Made by a program: the position numbers and the translations under genes. The notes under the pieces were generated by a model. The model did not search any database. It was not told where the DNA came from and saw nothing but the letters and a program-made list of their open reading frames with translations. Shown piece after piece: positions 1 to 7,886 of a DNA stretch of 64,000 nt. How positions within the stretch are numbered: position 1 is the first letter of the stretch; every line of letters starts with the position of its first letter. This DNA is from Nitrospinales bacterium (GTDB taxonomy: Bacteria; Nitrospinota; Nitrospinia; Nitrospinales; VA-1), in assembly GCA_965223345.1 (NCBI GenBank), contig CBDCWG010000012.1, positions 3,264,001 through 3,328,000 on the forward strand, written 5' to 3'.

Positions 1-1
1 G

Positions 2-946
2 AACGCCAAGAACAGCACGCTGTCGCTGATGTACGGCAAGGGGGACGGCACGTTTCGCACCACCGAGAACCTCAGGGTGCCGCAGGAACCCACCTCGCTG
101 GCAGCAGGCGATCTGAACGGCGACGGGCTGCTGGACCTGGCGGCCAATTCCCGCGGCACGCATTCGCTCACGGTGCTCATGCAGCGGGCGGACGGCTCGT
201 TCCGCCGCCTGAAGCCGCATCCCACCGGCCGGGTGCCGCTGGCGGTGATCCTCGACGATTTCAACGCGGACGGGCTGCTCGACGCCGCCGTCACGCTCAC
301 CTTCGACAAGCTGGAAATCCACATCGGCCGCGGCAACGGCACATTCAGCAAAGGCGAGACCTATTACACGGGCTCGCGCTCGTTCTCGGGCGTCTCCGGG
401 GATTTCAACGGCGACGGCCACCGCGACCTGGCGGTGGCGGCCACCAGTTCGGGAGCCAGCTCGCTTAGGGTGTTCTGGGGCAACGGCGACGGCACCTTTC
501 AAAAACCCTCAAGGCTGATCGAAGGGCTGATGCCGCTTGCGGTGACGGCGCGCGACATGAATGCGGACGGCAAGGAAGATCTGATCGTGGGCGCGGGCCA
601 GGGAGACAATATGTACCTGATTCTCTCCAACGGCGACGGCACGTTTCAAAAGGAGACCGCGTTTTCCGGCGGCGGCGGTCCGATGTCCCTGGTCGCCGAG
701 CATTTCAACGACGACGACCGCATGGACGTGGCGGTGGCCAACTCGCGCAGCAGCAGCTTCTCTCTCATCATCCGCCGGCCGGACGGGCGCTTCCGCTACC
801 CGACGCGCGACTACGTGGTGGAAGGCGGCACGCCGCTTGCCATCACCAGCGGCGATTACAACGACGACGGCATGATGGACATCGCCGTCGCCAGCAACGC
901 CGTGCACACGGTGGAGGTCTACCTGCGAAGACGGATCTTGCAGTGA
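2..946 (+). CDS. FG-GAP/VCBS repeat (integrin-alpha-like beta-propeller) protein, 5'-truncated by the window edge
   Basis: Repeated D-[LFMY]-N-x-D-G-x-x-D-[LIV] and G-x-G-D-G-T-F motifs; the frame is open from base 2, upstream of the ATG at 29. Confidence 0.85.
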   Translation, partial: NAKNSTLSLMYGKGDGTFRTTENLRVPQEPTSLAAGDLNGDGLLDLAANSRGTHSLTVLMQRADGSFRRLKPHPTGRVPLAVILDDFNADGLLDAAVTLTFDKLEIHIGRGNGTFSKGETYYTGSRSFSGVSGDFNGDGHRDLAVAATSSGASSLRVFWGNGDGTFQKPSRLIEGLMPLAVTARDMNADGKEDLIVGAGQGDNMYLILSNGDGTFQKETAFSGGGGPMSLVAEHFNDDDRMDVAVANSRSSSFSLIIRRPDGRFRYPTRDYVVEGGTPLAITSGDYNDDGMMDIAVASNAVHTVEVYLRRRILQ

Positions 947-959
947 AGTGGAAATGCCT

Positions 960-1233
960 GGAACAGGATGAACGGGATAAAAACCGGATAAAAGAAAAAC
1001 CCGGGCCTCGCGCAAAGGCGCGAAGACGCAAAGAAAGGCAAAAACCAGGGACAGGATTAACAGGATAAAAGCGGAAAAAACGATAGCCTGGTTAAACCGC
1101 AATGCTCACAGGGTGAAGACGTAGAGGACGCAAAGCCCCCTCTCACCCAAGCTACCCCAAGTATTTTGATAATTTGATAAGCGGGTGCCGAGCTATGCTC
1201 GGCGCAACCTCTCCCCCCTCGGGGGGAGAGGGG
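960..1233. repeat. Cluster of short REP-like repeats and palindromes of several types
   Basis: ACAGGATGAACGGGAT and ACAGGATTAACAGGAT units; CGCAAAGGCGCGAAGACGCAAAG; hairpin GTGCCGAGC-TAT-GCTCGGCGC (1185-1205); hairpin CCTCTCCCCCC-TC-GGGGGGAGAGG (1208-1231). Confidence 0.65.
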
Positions 1234-1235
1234 CT

Positions 1236-1718
1236 TTATAATTCTTCCTCTTCCTTTGAAATCATCAGGCCAGGTATTTTACGAACCACGACCTCATACT
1301 CCGCTTCGGAGAGAAGTAAATAGGCATCTTTTTCATGGGCAATATTTACCAGCCAAGGAGATCCCTCTTCCCTTTGCAGACACAGATCTTCTGGAAGATC
1401 TGGTTGCACCCAGTCAAATAAGTGATTTGCCGCATTATTCAATATTTGCAAAGCCTCTTCACAAAGCTCAAAAGAATAAATATTTGCCGTATGGCCCCAA
1501 AGCCTGGTGCCAGGCCATTCTGATTTTTCCTCACGACTTATTAAAAATTCGTCTAACGATTTCAAGAGCCCTTTTCCGTCATCACTCAGTTCGATCGAAT
1601 CTCGGACCACCAACAGAAATGCATTACAATATCCCAGGGAGACCTTAAGAAGTTCATAATATTCTTTCGCTGTTGGAGTTTTATCAAATCCGTATTGACT
1701 TCGCTTCATAGTCACCAC
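1236..1718 (-). CDS. Hypothetical AT-rich acidic protein (orphan, possibly immunity-protein-like)
   Basis: 160-aa ORF with WPGT and LPEDL motifs; visibly lower GC than the flanks; start may be the ATG at 1709. Confidence 0.65.
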   Translation of the reverse strand: MVTMKRSQYGFDKTPTAKEYYELLKVSLGYCNAFLLVVRDSIELSDDGKGLLKSLDEFLISREEKSEWPGTRLWGHTANIYSFELCEEALQILNNAANHLFDWVQPDLPEDLCLQREEGSPWLVNIAHEKDAYLLLSEAEYEVVVRKIPGLMISKEEEEL

Positions 1719-1800
1719 AACAATTTTTAGAGTTTCATCTCATTTCCCTTAAAAGCGATCTTCTATCAAATCTCATCTTGATTGCGTCTTTGCACGCAAC

Positions 1801-1881
1801 TCATCCTTCGACAGGCTCAGGATGACAGGTAAATTTTCCGCGCTGTATTCAATGTGTCGCCCTGAGCTTGTCGAAGGGTGA
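1801..1881. repeat. Inverted pair of 27-bp REP-like elements
   Basis: TCATCCTTCGACAGGCTCAGGATGACA (1801-1827) and TGTCGCCCTGAGCTTGTCGAAGGGTGA (1855-1881) are reverse complements with 4 mismatches. Confidence 0.8.
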
Positions 1882-1896
1882 CGAGGCATTTGATTT

Positions 1897-4053
1897 TCAG
1901 CCCGCGGGTGTGAACTCGGGGACGGTGGGGAGTTTGCGCCACTTGTTGAAGTGAAACTGGATGTCGCCGCTTTTGACCGGCTTGATCTTCTCGTAGGTTT
2001 CGCTGCCGTCCGGCTGGGCATGGACGATGACGATTTTCTTGTCCATGAGGGTGGTCGCCTTGCGCACGAACAGGAAGGTGTAGGGCTGATCCTTGGCGAT
2101 CTGCCGGTGCAGCTTGTGGGTCATGCGGATCTGCTCGTCGCGGTCGTACTCGCGGCGGATGCGCTCGATCAGGCGGTCCACTTCGGGATTCTCGTAGCCG
2201 ACGAAGTTCAGCCGGTTGGGACCGGTCTGGCTGGAATGCCAGAGCTGAAACATGTCGGGGTTGGGCCCGGTGCTCCAGCCCAGCACCAGGGCGTCGAACT
2301 TGAGGGCATTGACAAAATCCTTGAGGAACACCGCCCATTCGAAGAACTGGGTGTTGCATTTGACGCCGATTTTTTTCCAGCTGTTCTGCACGATGCTCAG
2401 GATGTTCTTGCGGACGGGGTTGCCGCTGTTGGTGATGAGGTTGAACTCGAACAGCTTGCCGTCTTTTTCCAGCCAGCCGTCGGCGTTTTTCTTCCAGCCT
2501 TCCTGTGCGAGCAGCTTCTGGGCGCCGCCGGGATCGTATGGAATCGGGGCGACGCTGTGATCGTACCAGTCGGTGATCTTGGCGTAGGGCCCGGTGACGC
2601 GCTCGCCTTCTCCGTAGAGGATGTACTGGATGATCTCATCGACGTTGATCGCCATGCCTAAAGCGGTGCGCACCTTGACGGACTGGAACAGCGGTTTCCT
2701 TAAGTTGTAGCCGATGTAGGCGTAGGTCATGCCGACGGTGGAGAAGCTCTGGTACTTGGGATCCTCGCGCAGCCTTTCGACCTGATGCGGTTCGACGCCG
2801 TAGCCGTCCACGGCGCCGGAGTAGAATTCCATCTCCCGCACCAGTGTGTCGGGGATGATGCGCATGATGTATTCGTGATACTGCGGCGGGCCTTCCCAGT
2901 AATCCTCGTTGCGGGTGAGGCGGATCATCTCGTCGGATTTCCATTCCTTGAAAATGTAGGCCCCGGTGCCGATGGGGTTGCGGTTGAAGCGGCTGTCGCG
3001 CAGGGTGAAGGTTTCCGGATCTTCGCCGCGCTCTTTCGCTTCCTGTCTGAGCTGCTTCTCGTTGAGCAGGTGCTCGGGCAGCATCCCCATGGTGGCCCAG
3101 GAAAACAGCGCCGGTGAGAACAGGCGCTTGTAGACGATGCGCACTTTGTGGCCGTTCACCACGTCGAGGCTTTTGATCGGCTCGTAGGTGGAAGTGCGCG
3201 GCGAGGCGTTGCGCGGGTTCATGATGGATTGGTAGGTGAACAGGACGTCGCCGGCGTCGAATTCGTGGCCGTCGTGAAACCGCACGCCTTTGCGCAATTC
3301 AAACACGATGACGGGGTTGTGCTCTTTCACCGGAAGCAGCGTTTCATACTGCGCCGCCAGGCGCTTTTGATCGGCGGGCTTTTTGGCCGCGATGAAGTTT
3401 GCGTGCGGGAATTGCTTGAAATAGGCCTCCCCCAGCAGCCGTTCGATCGGCTTGAAAAAATCCTGATCGATTTTGTCGAGCGTGAATTTCAGGCGCGCCG
3501 GCCGGGTGAGCCTGTAGCCGACTTTCTCCATGCGCGGCCGCCCCTTTTCCATCTGCGGTTTGCCGTCCGCTCCCAGAACGGGAACCGAAATTTCATCTTC
3601 GAGCACGTCGCCGTCCACCATTTGCACCGACTTCAGGTTTTGTGTCCAACCGGTTTCGGATTGCAGCGCGTCGCGCAGGAACCGCTCCCAGCCTGGTGCG
3701 TCGTTGAGGGACGCCGCCTCCGGCAGCGCGGTTTGCAGATGGCCGGGGTCGATGAGCAGGTACGCCTCTTCGAACTGCCGGCGCGAGGTGGCGAGCCGCA
3801 GCCTGAGACCGAGGTTTTCGTCCAGATCCATCAGGGTGTCGAAAACCCGGCTTTCGATCTCGCTGCTCGCGGTGTCGGCGCTGAGGACGGGATTGAGGAT
3901 CTGGGCGTCGCCCGACGAGGCGCTCAGGTACTTGAGCAGACGGTCCGGATTGCCCACGGCCTGGTTCTCGTACGTGGGCACCCAGAAGAAGGATTGGGCC
4001 AGAATCAATATAAGAAACAACGGCAAGTAGGTGAGGATGCGTTTGACTGTCAT
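1897..4053 (-). CDS. Peptide/nickel ABC transporter substrate-binding protein (family 5, OppA/DppA/AppA-like) with an inserted domain
   Basis: FELRKGVRFHDGHEFDAGDVLFT, NPIGTGAY, RNEDYWEG and VRTAL..AIN motifs; N-terminal hydrophobic anchor. Confidence 0.9.
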   Translation of the reverse strand: MTVKRILTYLPLFLILILAQSFFWVPTYENQAVGNPDRLLKYLSASSGDAQILNPVLSADTASSEIESRVFDTLMDLDENLGLRLRLATSRRQFEEAYLLIDPGHLQTALPEAASLNDAPGWERFLRDALQSETGWTQNLKSVQMVDGDVLEDEISVPVLGADGKPQMEKGRPRMEKVGYRLTRPARLKFTLDKIDQDFFKPIERLLGEAYFKQFPHANFIAAKKPADQKRLAAQYETLLPVKEHNPVIVFELRKGVRFHDGHEFDAGDVLFTYQSIMNPRNASPRTSTYEPIKSLDVVNGHKVRIVYKRLFSPALFSWATMGMLPEHLLNEKQLRQEAKERGEDPETFTLRDSRFNRNPIGTGAYIFKEWKSDEMIRLTRNEDYWEGPPQYHEYIMRIIPDTLVREMEFYSGAVDGYGVEPHQVERLREDPKYQSFSTVGMTYAYIGYNLRKPLFQSVKVRTALGMAINVDEIIQYILYGEGERVTGPYAKITDWYDHSVAPIPYDPGGAQKLLAQEGWKKNADGWLEKDGKLFEFNLITNSGNPVRKNILSIVQNSWKKIGVKCNTQFFEWAVFLKDFVNALKFDALVLGWSTGPNPDMFQLWHSSQTGPNRLNFVGYENPEVDRLIERIRREYDRDEQIRMTHKLHRQIAKDQPYTFLFVRKATTLMDKKIVIVHAQPDGSETYEKIKPVKSGDIQFHFNKWRKLPTVPEFTPAG

Positions 4054-4204
4054 GACAAAATCATATCAGAAAACCGATGCGGGCTCGGGAATTTCTCCTG
4101 CTCACAGGAAAATCGGCAACCCATCCTAAAAACCGGTGTTTAAGCCGATAAGACCCCATACCTGCCCGCGCTGTCAAAGCGCGGGAATCGGGGGAAAAAA
4201 TTTC

Positions 4205-4274
4205 TTGACTTGTCCCAAAATTGGCTATATTGGTAATACCTCGCGGTCGAGATCCCGATCGCGAGGTCTTTTTT
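4205..4274 (+). promoter_or_regulatory. Putative sigma70 promoter followed immediately by a terminator-like hairpin
   Basis: TTGACT (4205-4210) and TATATT (4226-4231, short 15-nt spacer); 12-bp stem 4238-4267 followed by CTTTTTT. Confidence 0.4.
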
Positions 4275-4371
4275 AAGGAGAAACTCCTTATATATTCAAC
4301 TTTTATAAAGAAAGCCCCTATACTGTTAAGTAGGTTTTTGTTTCTTTCTTTTTCGTAATTTCAATCTTTGA

Positions 4372-4713
<342 letters not shown>

Positions 4714-4724
4714 GTTTCTTTGTC

Positions 4725-4766
4725 ACCAGCGGCTTCTTGAGGCGCTGTCCCGGAAGCCGTTGGTTT
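4725..4766 (+). terminator. Stem-loop downstream of the ferredoxin
   Basis: ACCAGCGGCTTC...GAAGCCGTTGGT inverted repeat with a weak U tract. Confidence 0.45.
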
Positions 4767-4888
4767 CACCTGATTTGACCGGGGCGCAAGCAGGGATATC
4801 CCGATCGCAAGATCGGGAGTGTTTCCTTATCTTTCAGAAAAGCGCCCTGCCCGCCTTTTTGGAAAATAAAATCTTTCCCCAAGATTCC

Positions 4889-4918
4889 TTGACAACCAGC
4901 AGGAAAGCGTTATACCTT
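4889..4918 (+). promoter_or_regulatory. Sigma70-type promoter of the tRNA gene
   Basis: Consensus TTGACA at 4889-4894 and TATACCTT at 4911-4918, about 40 nt before the tRNA. Confidence 0.6.
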
Positions 4919-4959
4919 TACGGAACCTTTTCCTGCATTTCATTCTGAAATCAAATCAC

Positions 4960-5036
<77 letters not shown>

Positions 5037-5041
5037 AATAC

Positions 5042-5086
5042 AACAAGGGGTTGAGCGAAATCGCTCAGCCCCTTGTTTATTATTTT
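5042..5086 (+). terminator. Terminator hairpin after the tRNA
   Basis: AACAAGGGGTTGAGCGA-AA-TCGCTCAGCCCCTTGTT followed by a T-rich tract. Confidence 0.75.
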
Positions 5087-5090
5087 AATA

Positions 5091-5112
5091 TCCTGCCCCA
5101 CTCCTGCCCCAC
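5091..5112 (+). repeat. 11-bp tandem direct repeat TCCTGCCCCAC x2
   Basis: Exact copies at 5091-5101 and 5102-5112; TCCTGCCCC also occurs in the tRNA at 5020-5028. Confidence 0.8.
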
Positions 5113-5127
5113 CTTTTTGGGGTCCGA

Positions 5128-5652
5128 ATGATGAATGAAATGAAAAATTTATTTATCACCGGTTGGTTAATGGTTGCCGCGGCTGTTGTTGGTTCCCTGG
5201 TGACTGTGTTTGCCCCGGAAATTAGAGAAGCGGTAATTGCTACTGATGAGCGTAGCTATATCCGGGAGAAAAATTTCGATGAGTTGCGCGAAATTCTGGA
5301 CCCCCTCCCTGCTTTGCAAAGAGAAACCGTTATTAGAGAAAATTATTTAAATCGATGGGTTAAATGGAAGGGAGTAGTTGTATCAATCGCTTCATCTTCA
5401 TCTGGAAAAGAATTTGGGGTTTTAGTGAGCGATTCTATTCCTGCTCGGCAATTTCCACTTCCAGAATATGTACAAATTATTTTGAGTGAAACCTGGAAAC
5501 CGGAGGTGGAAACTCTCAGGAAAGAAGACCAGATAGAATATAGCGGGCAAATTGAACTGCTTACTCTTGGGGGAGTAGATAAGCCTTCTTTGCGTTTAAA
5601 AAACGGTTATTTCAGATTAATAAAAAGACCCCACCCTGACCGCGTGTACTAA
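5128..5652 (+). CDS. Membrane-anchored hypothetical protein, OB-fold (tRNA_anti-like) candidate
   Basis: N-terminal TM helix; Y.NRWVKWKGVV and LRKEDQIEYSGQI pattern; lower GC than the core genes. Confidence 0.6.
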   Translation: MMNEMKNLFITGWLMVAAAVVGSLVTVFAPEIREAVIATDERSYIREKNFDELREILDPLPALQRETVIRENYLNRWVKWKGVVVSIASSSSGKEFGVLVSDSIPARQFPLPEYVQIILSETWKPEVETLRKEDQIEYSGQIELLTLGGVDKPSLRLKNGYFRLIKRPHPDRVY

Positions 5653-5727
5653 AGGAATCGCCCCCCCTCACGCCACCTCTTTAGGCGTCATCCTCTCTTC
5701 ACACCTTGTAAATTTAAGAGGGAAACT

Positions 5728-5898
5728 ATGATTTCTTACTTAATATTGTTGGCCCTGATTATAATTATTATCCAAATCAATCATACGAAACACAAGATTT
5801 GCGGATATCTCCACCGACTGAACAGGATTGGATATCAAATCGCACACGGGGAGCCTGATCCATCAAAATCTTATGAGGAAGAAAACGGACTTCTATAA
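5728..5898 (+). CDS. 56-aa single-TM microprotein (not in the ORF track)
   Basis: AAGAGGG RBS then ATG at 5728; MISYLILLALIIIIIQINHTKHKICGYLHRLNRIGYQIAHGEPDPSKSYEEENGLL; TAA ends at 5898. Confidence 0.55.
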   Translation: MISYLILLALIIIIIQINHTKHKICGYLHRLNRIGYQIAHGEPDPSKSYEEENGLL

Positions 5899-6019
5899 GT
5901 AACCTTTCGGACCTCCCCTGCTTATTTTCTCTTTCCAGGAAACTGGAAAAATTTCCCCCTATAGATAATCTTTACCTCAGAGTTAACCTGTTTTTGCATG
6001 CACTTCTGGTCTTTGCCGT

Positions 6020-6481
6020 ATGGAAAAAATCATTTGCAGGATGATGAAACCGGGGGAAGAACCCGCTGTCTGCGGTCTGGTGAGGCGGATCTTCGAGAAA
6101 CGGATTGCGCAGGAGTTCGAGGCGGAAGGTGTGCAGGAGTTCTTCCGCTTCGCCGATCCTGAGGCCATGCGGGTGCGGATGCAGTCCGGCGGGTTCGTGT
6201 TTCTGGCGCTGCAATCGGATGAGCCGGTGGGCATGTTGGAGTTTGCGCCCCCCGACCGCATCGCCATGCTTTTTGTCCAGCTTGAGCAACAGGGAATCGC
6301 CAAGGCGTTGCTGGCGCGCACCGTCGAACAAGTCCGCGCCGCAAACCCGGGCCTGCCGAAACTGACCGTGCATTCGTCTCACTATGCCGAACCCATCTAC
6401 CGCAGGCTGGGGTTCGTGCAGACCGGGGATGCGACAACGGAACACGGGATCACCTACCTCCCCATGCAACTCGATCTCTAA
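6020..6481 (+). CDS. GNAT family N-acetyltransferase
   Basis: IAMLFV..EQQGIAKALL (motif A) and TVHSSHYAEPIYRRLGF (motif B). Confidence 0.9.
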   Translation: MEKIICRMMKPGEEPAVCGLVRRIFEKRIAQEFEAEGVQEFFRFADPEAMRVRMQSGGFVFLALQSDEPVGMLEFAPPDRIAMLFVQLEQQGIAKALLARTVEQVRAANPGLPKLTVHSSHYAEPIYRRLGFVQTGDATTEHGITYLPMQLDL

Positions 6482-6543
6482 GGGGCTATTTTTGTGTGGT
6501 CATCCTGCCTTGAGAAAGGGTACTAATTTCCTCACCCCAACCC
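6465..6543 (+). repeat. Diverged direct repeat of about 79 bp, copy 1 (copy 2 at 7793-7870)
   Basis: Hand alignment gives about 64/79 identity; shared blocks TGCAACTC, AGGGGCTATTTTT, AGAAAGGGTA, TTTCCTCA and CCCAACCC. Confidence 0.8.
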
Positions 6544-6623
6544 TTTCTATAAGACAGAGAAATTGGCACCGACAGTTTTGAACCCGATGGAGTTGTTTCT
6601 AAAACGGATACAAAATTTGCCGG

Positions 6624-6998
6624 TCACCAGTTTGTCCAGCACCTCTCCAAGTCTTTCACGGACAGGATGCCTACGATATTTCCTTTTTCCGTCACAGAAA
6701 TATGGCGGATATTGTTCTCTTTCATAAGTTCGCTGGCTTTTGCTATAGGCTCATCCTTTTCAACGGTGATGATGGGTGCGGTCATCATTTCTGATACTCT
6801 AATAGAATTGGAGTCGTCGTCCTTAAAGAACTTGTGAATCCAATCTGTTTTCGTGAATATCCCCACGTATTCTCCATTTTCCTCTACCAGAAAAGCCCCC
6901 ACATTTTTTTGATACATTTCTCCGACGGCGTCATAGGCAAAGGCATCCGGGCTTGTGGTCAATACAGGGGAACTCATATAGGATCCTGCTGTTATCAT
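6624..6998 (-). CDS. CBS domain pair protein
   Basis: YMSSPVLT...VGIFTKTD and EMMTAPIITV...IRHISV....IVGILSVKDL tandem CBS motifs; GGAGG RBS. Confidence 0.92.
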   Translation of the reverse strand: MITAGSYMSSPVLTTSPDAFAYDAVGEMYQKNVGAFLVEENGEYVGIFTKTDWIHKFFKDDDSNSIRVSEMMTAPIITVEKDEPIAKASELMKENNIRHISVTEKGNIVGILSVKDLERCWTNW

Positions 6999-7053
6999 TG
7001 GAAGCCTCCGGCATGCGATAAAAATTAAACATGGTTCTTGTTAATCACATCTT

Positions 7054-7539
7054 TCAAGCACGGTCCTGTGTGGGGATTATCAGGACTGGAACAGATGACT
7101 TATGAAGCACCCCTTCGCTTATGCTGCCGATAAGCAGGCGGTCTACAATTCCTTTACCATGTGAACCCAGTATCACCATATCCACCGACAACTTGTCTGC
7201 CTCTTGCAAGATGGTTTCAACTTTAGGTCCCTGGGCGAGTCGCGCATAACAATTTATTCCCATCGAACGGAATTCCTGACTGAGTTGTTGCAGGTGGCGA
7301 TGCTCGTCTTTGAGTTTGTTGGCGACAACATCTCTGATTTCTATGGAATCCAATGCAAATGATGCCATCGCAGGATCTCCTGCAAAGGACATGGCTTCAG
7401 AGCCCACGATCTGCACGAAATCGACATCGGCAACATGCAATAGCCATATTTTTGCAGAAAGTGCTTTTGCTAAAGTTTTCGCTTGTTCAACCACTTTTTG
7501 TGAAGACTCAGATAAATCGATAGCGACTAACAGTTTCAT
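7054..7539 (-). CDS. Universal stress protein (UspA family)
   Basis: LLVAIDLSESS N-terminus and DMVILGSHGKG....LLIGSISEGVLHKSSVPVLII motif. Confidence 0.93.
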   Translation of the reverse strand: MKLLVAIDLSESSQKVVEQAKTLAKALSAKIWLLHVADVDFVQIVGSEAMSFAGDPAMASFALDSIEIRDVVANKLKDEHRHLQQLSQEFRSMGINCYARLAQGPKVETILQEADKLSVDMVILGSHGKGIVDRLLIGSISEGVLHKSSVPVLIIPTQDRA

Positions 7540-7792
7540 GTTTTTTCCAGTTTAAAATCATGCGGCAGTTATAAAATCAATAGCTTATCTGATGGCGAAT
7601 CCGGGCCATCCGGTCTGGTCCGCCTTATAGATTAAGAGCCTGGATTGGACAAAAATATTCTATAAAAGCTTTTCCAGGTTTAGAGATGGCGAAAACCCAA
7701 TTCTTTGGGTGGCGAATTTGCCCAGCGAAACGCTTGCCCGCATTGGCGAAATTATAGCGAAATCCTGCCGGCGCATGACCGGTCTCCTGCCC

Positions 7793-7870
7793 TGCAACTC
7801 ATCCTCCAAGGGGCTATTTTTTGTAGCCAAGCTGCGCTCAGAAAGGGTAGTATTTTCCTCATCCCAACCC
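7793..7870 (+). repeat. Diverged direct repeat of about 78 bp, copy 2
   Basis: Aligns with copy 1 at 6465-6543. Confidence 0.8.
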
Positions 7871-7886
7871 CACTGTCAGGACGGTC

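Noticed and set aside
509..1102. 197-aa minus-strand ORF with a hydrophobic N-terminus
   Set aside because: It is a shadow of the FG-GAP gene, and its apparent TM segment is the translation of the intergenic repeats.
4126..4151. Sigma28 promoter TAAA...GCCGATAA on the plus strand
   Set aside because: The -10 is perfect but the spacer from TAAA is 13 nt rather than 15, so it is not called.
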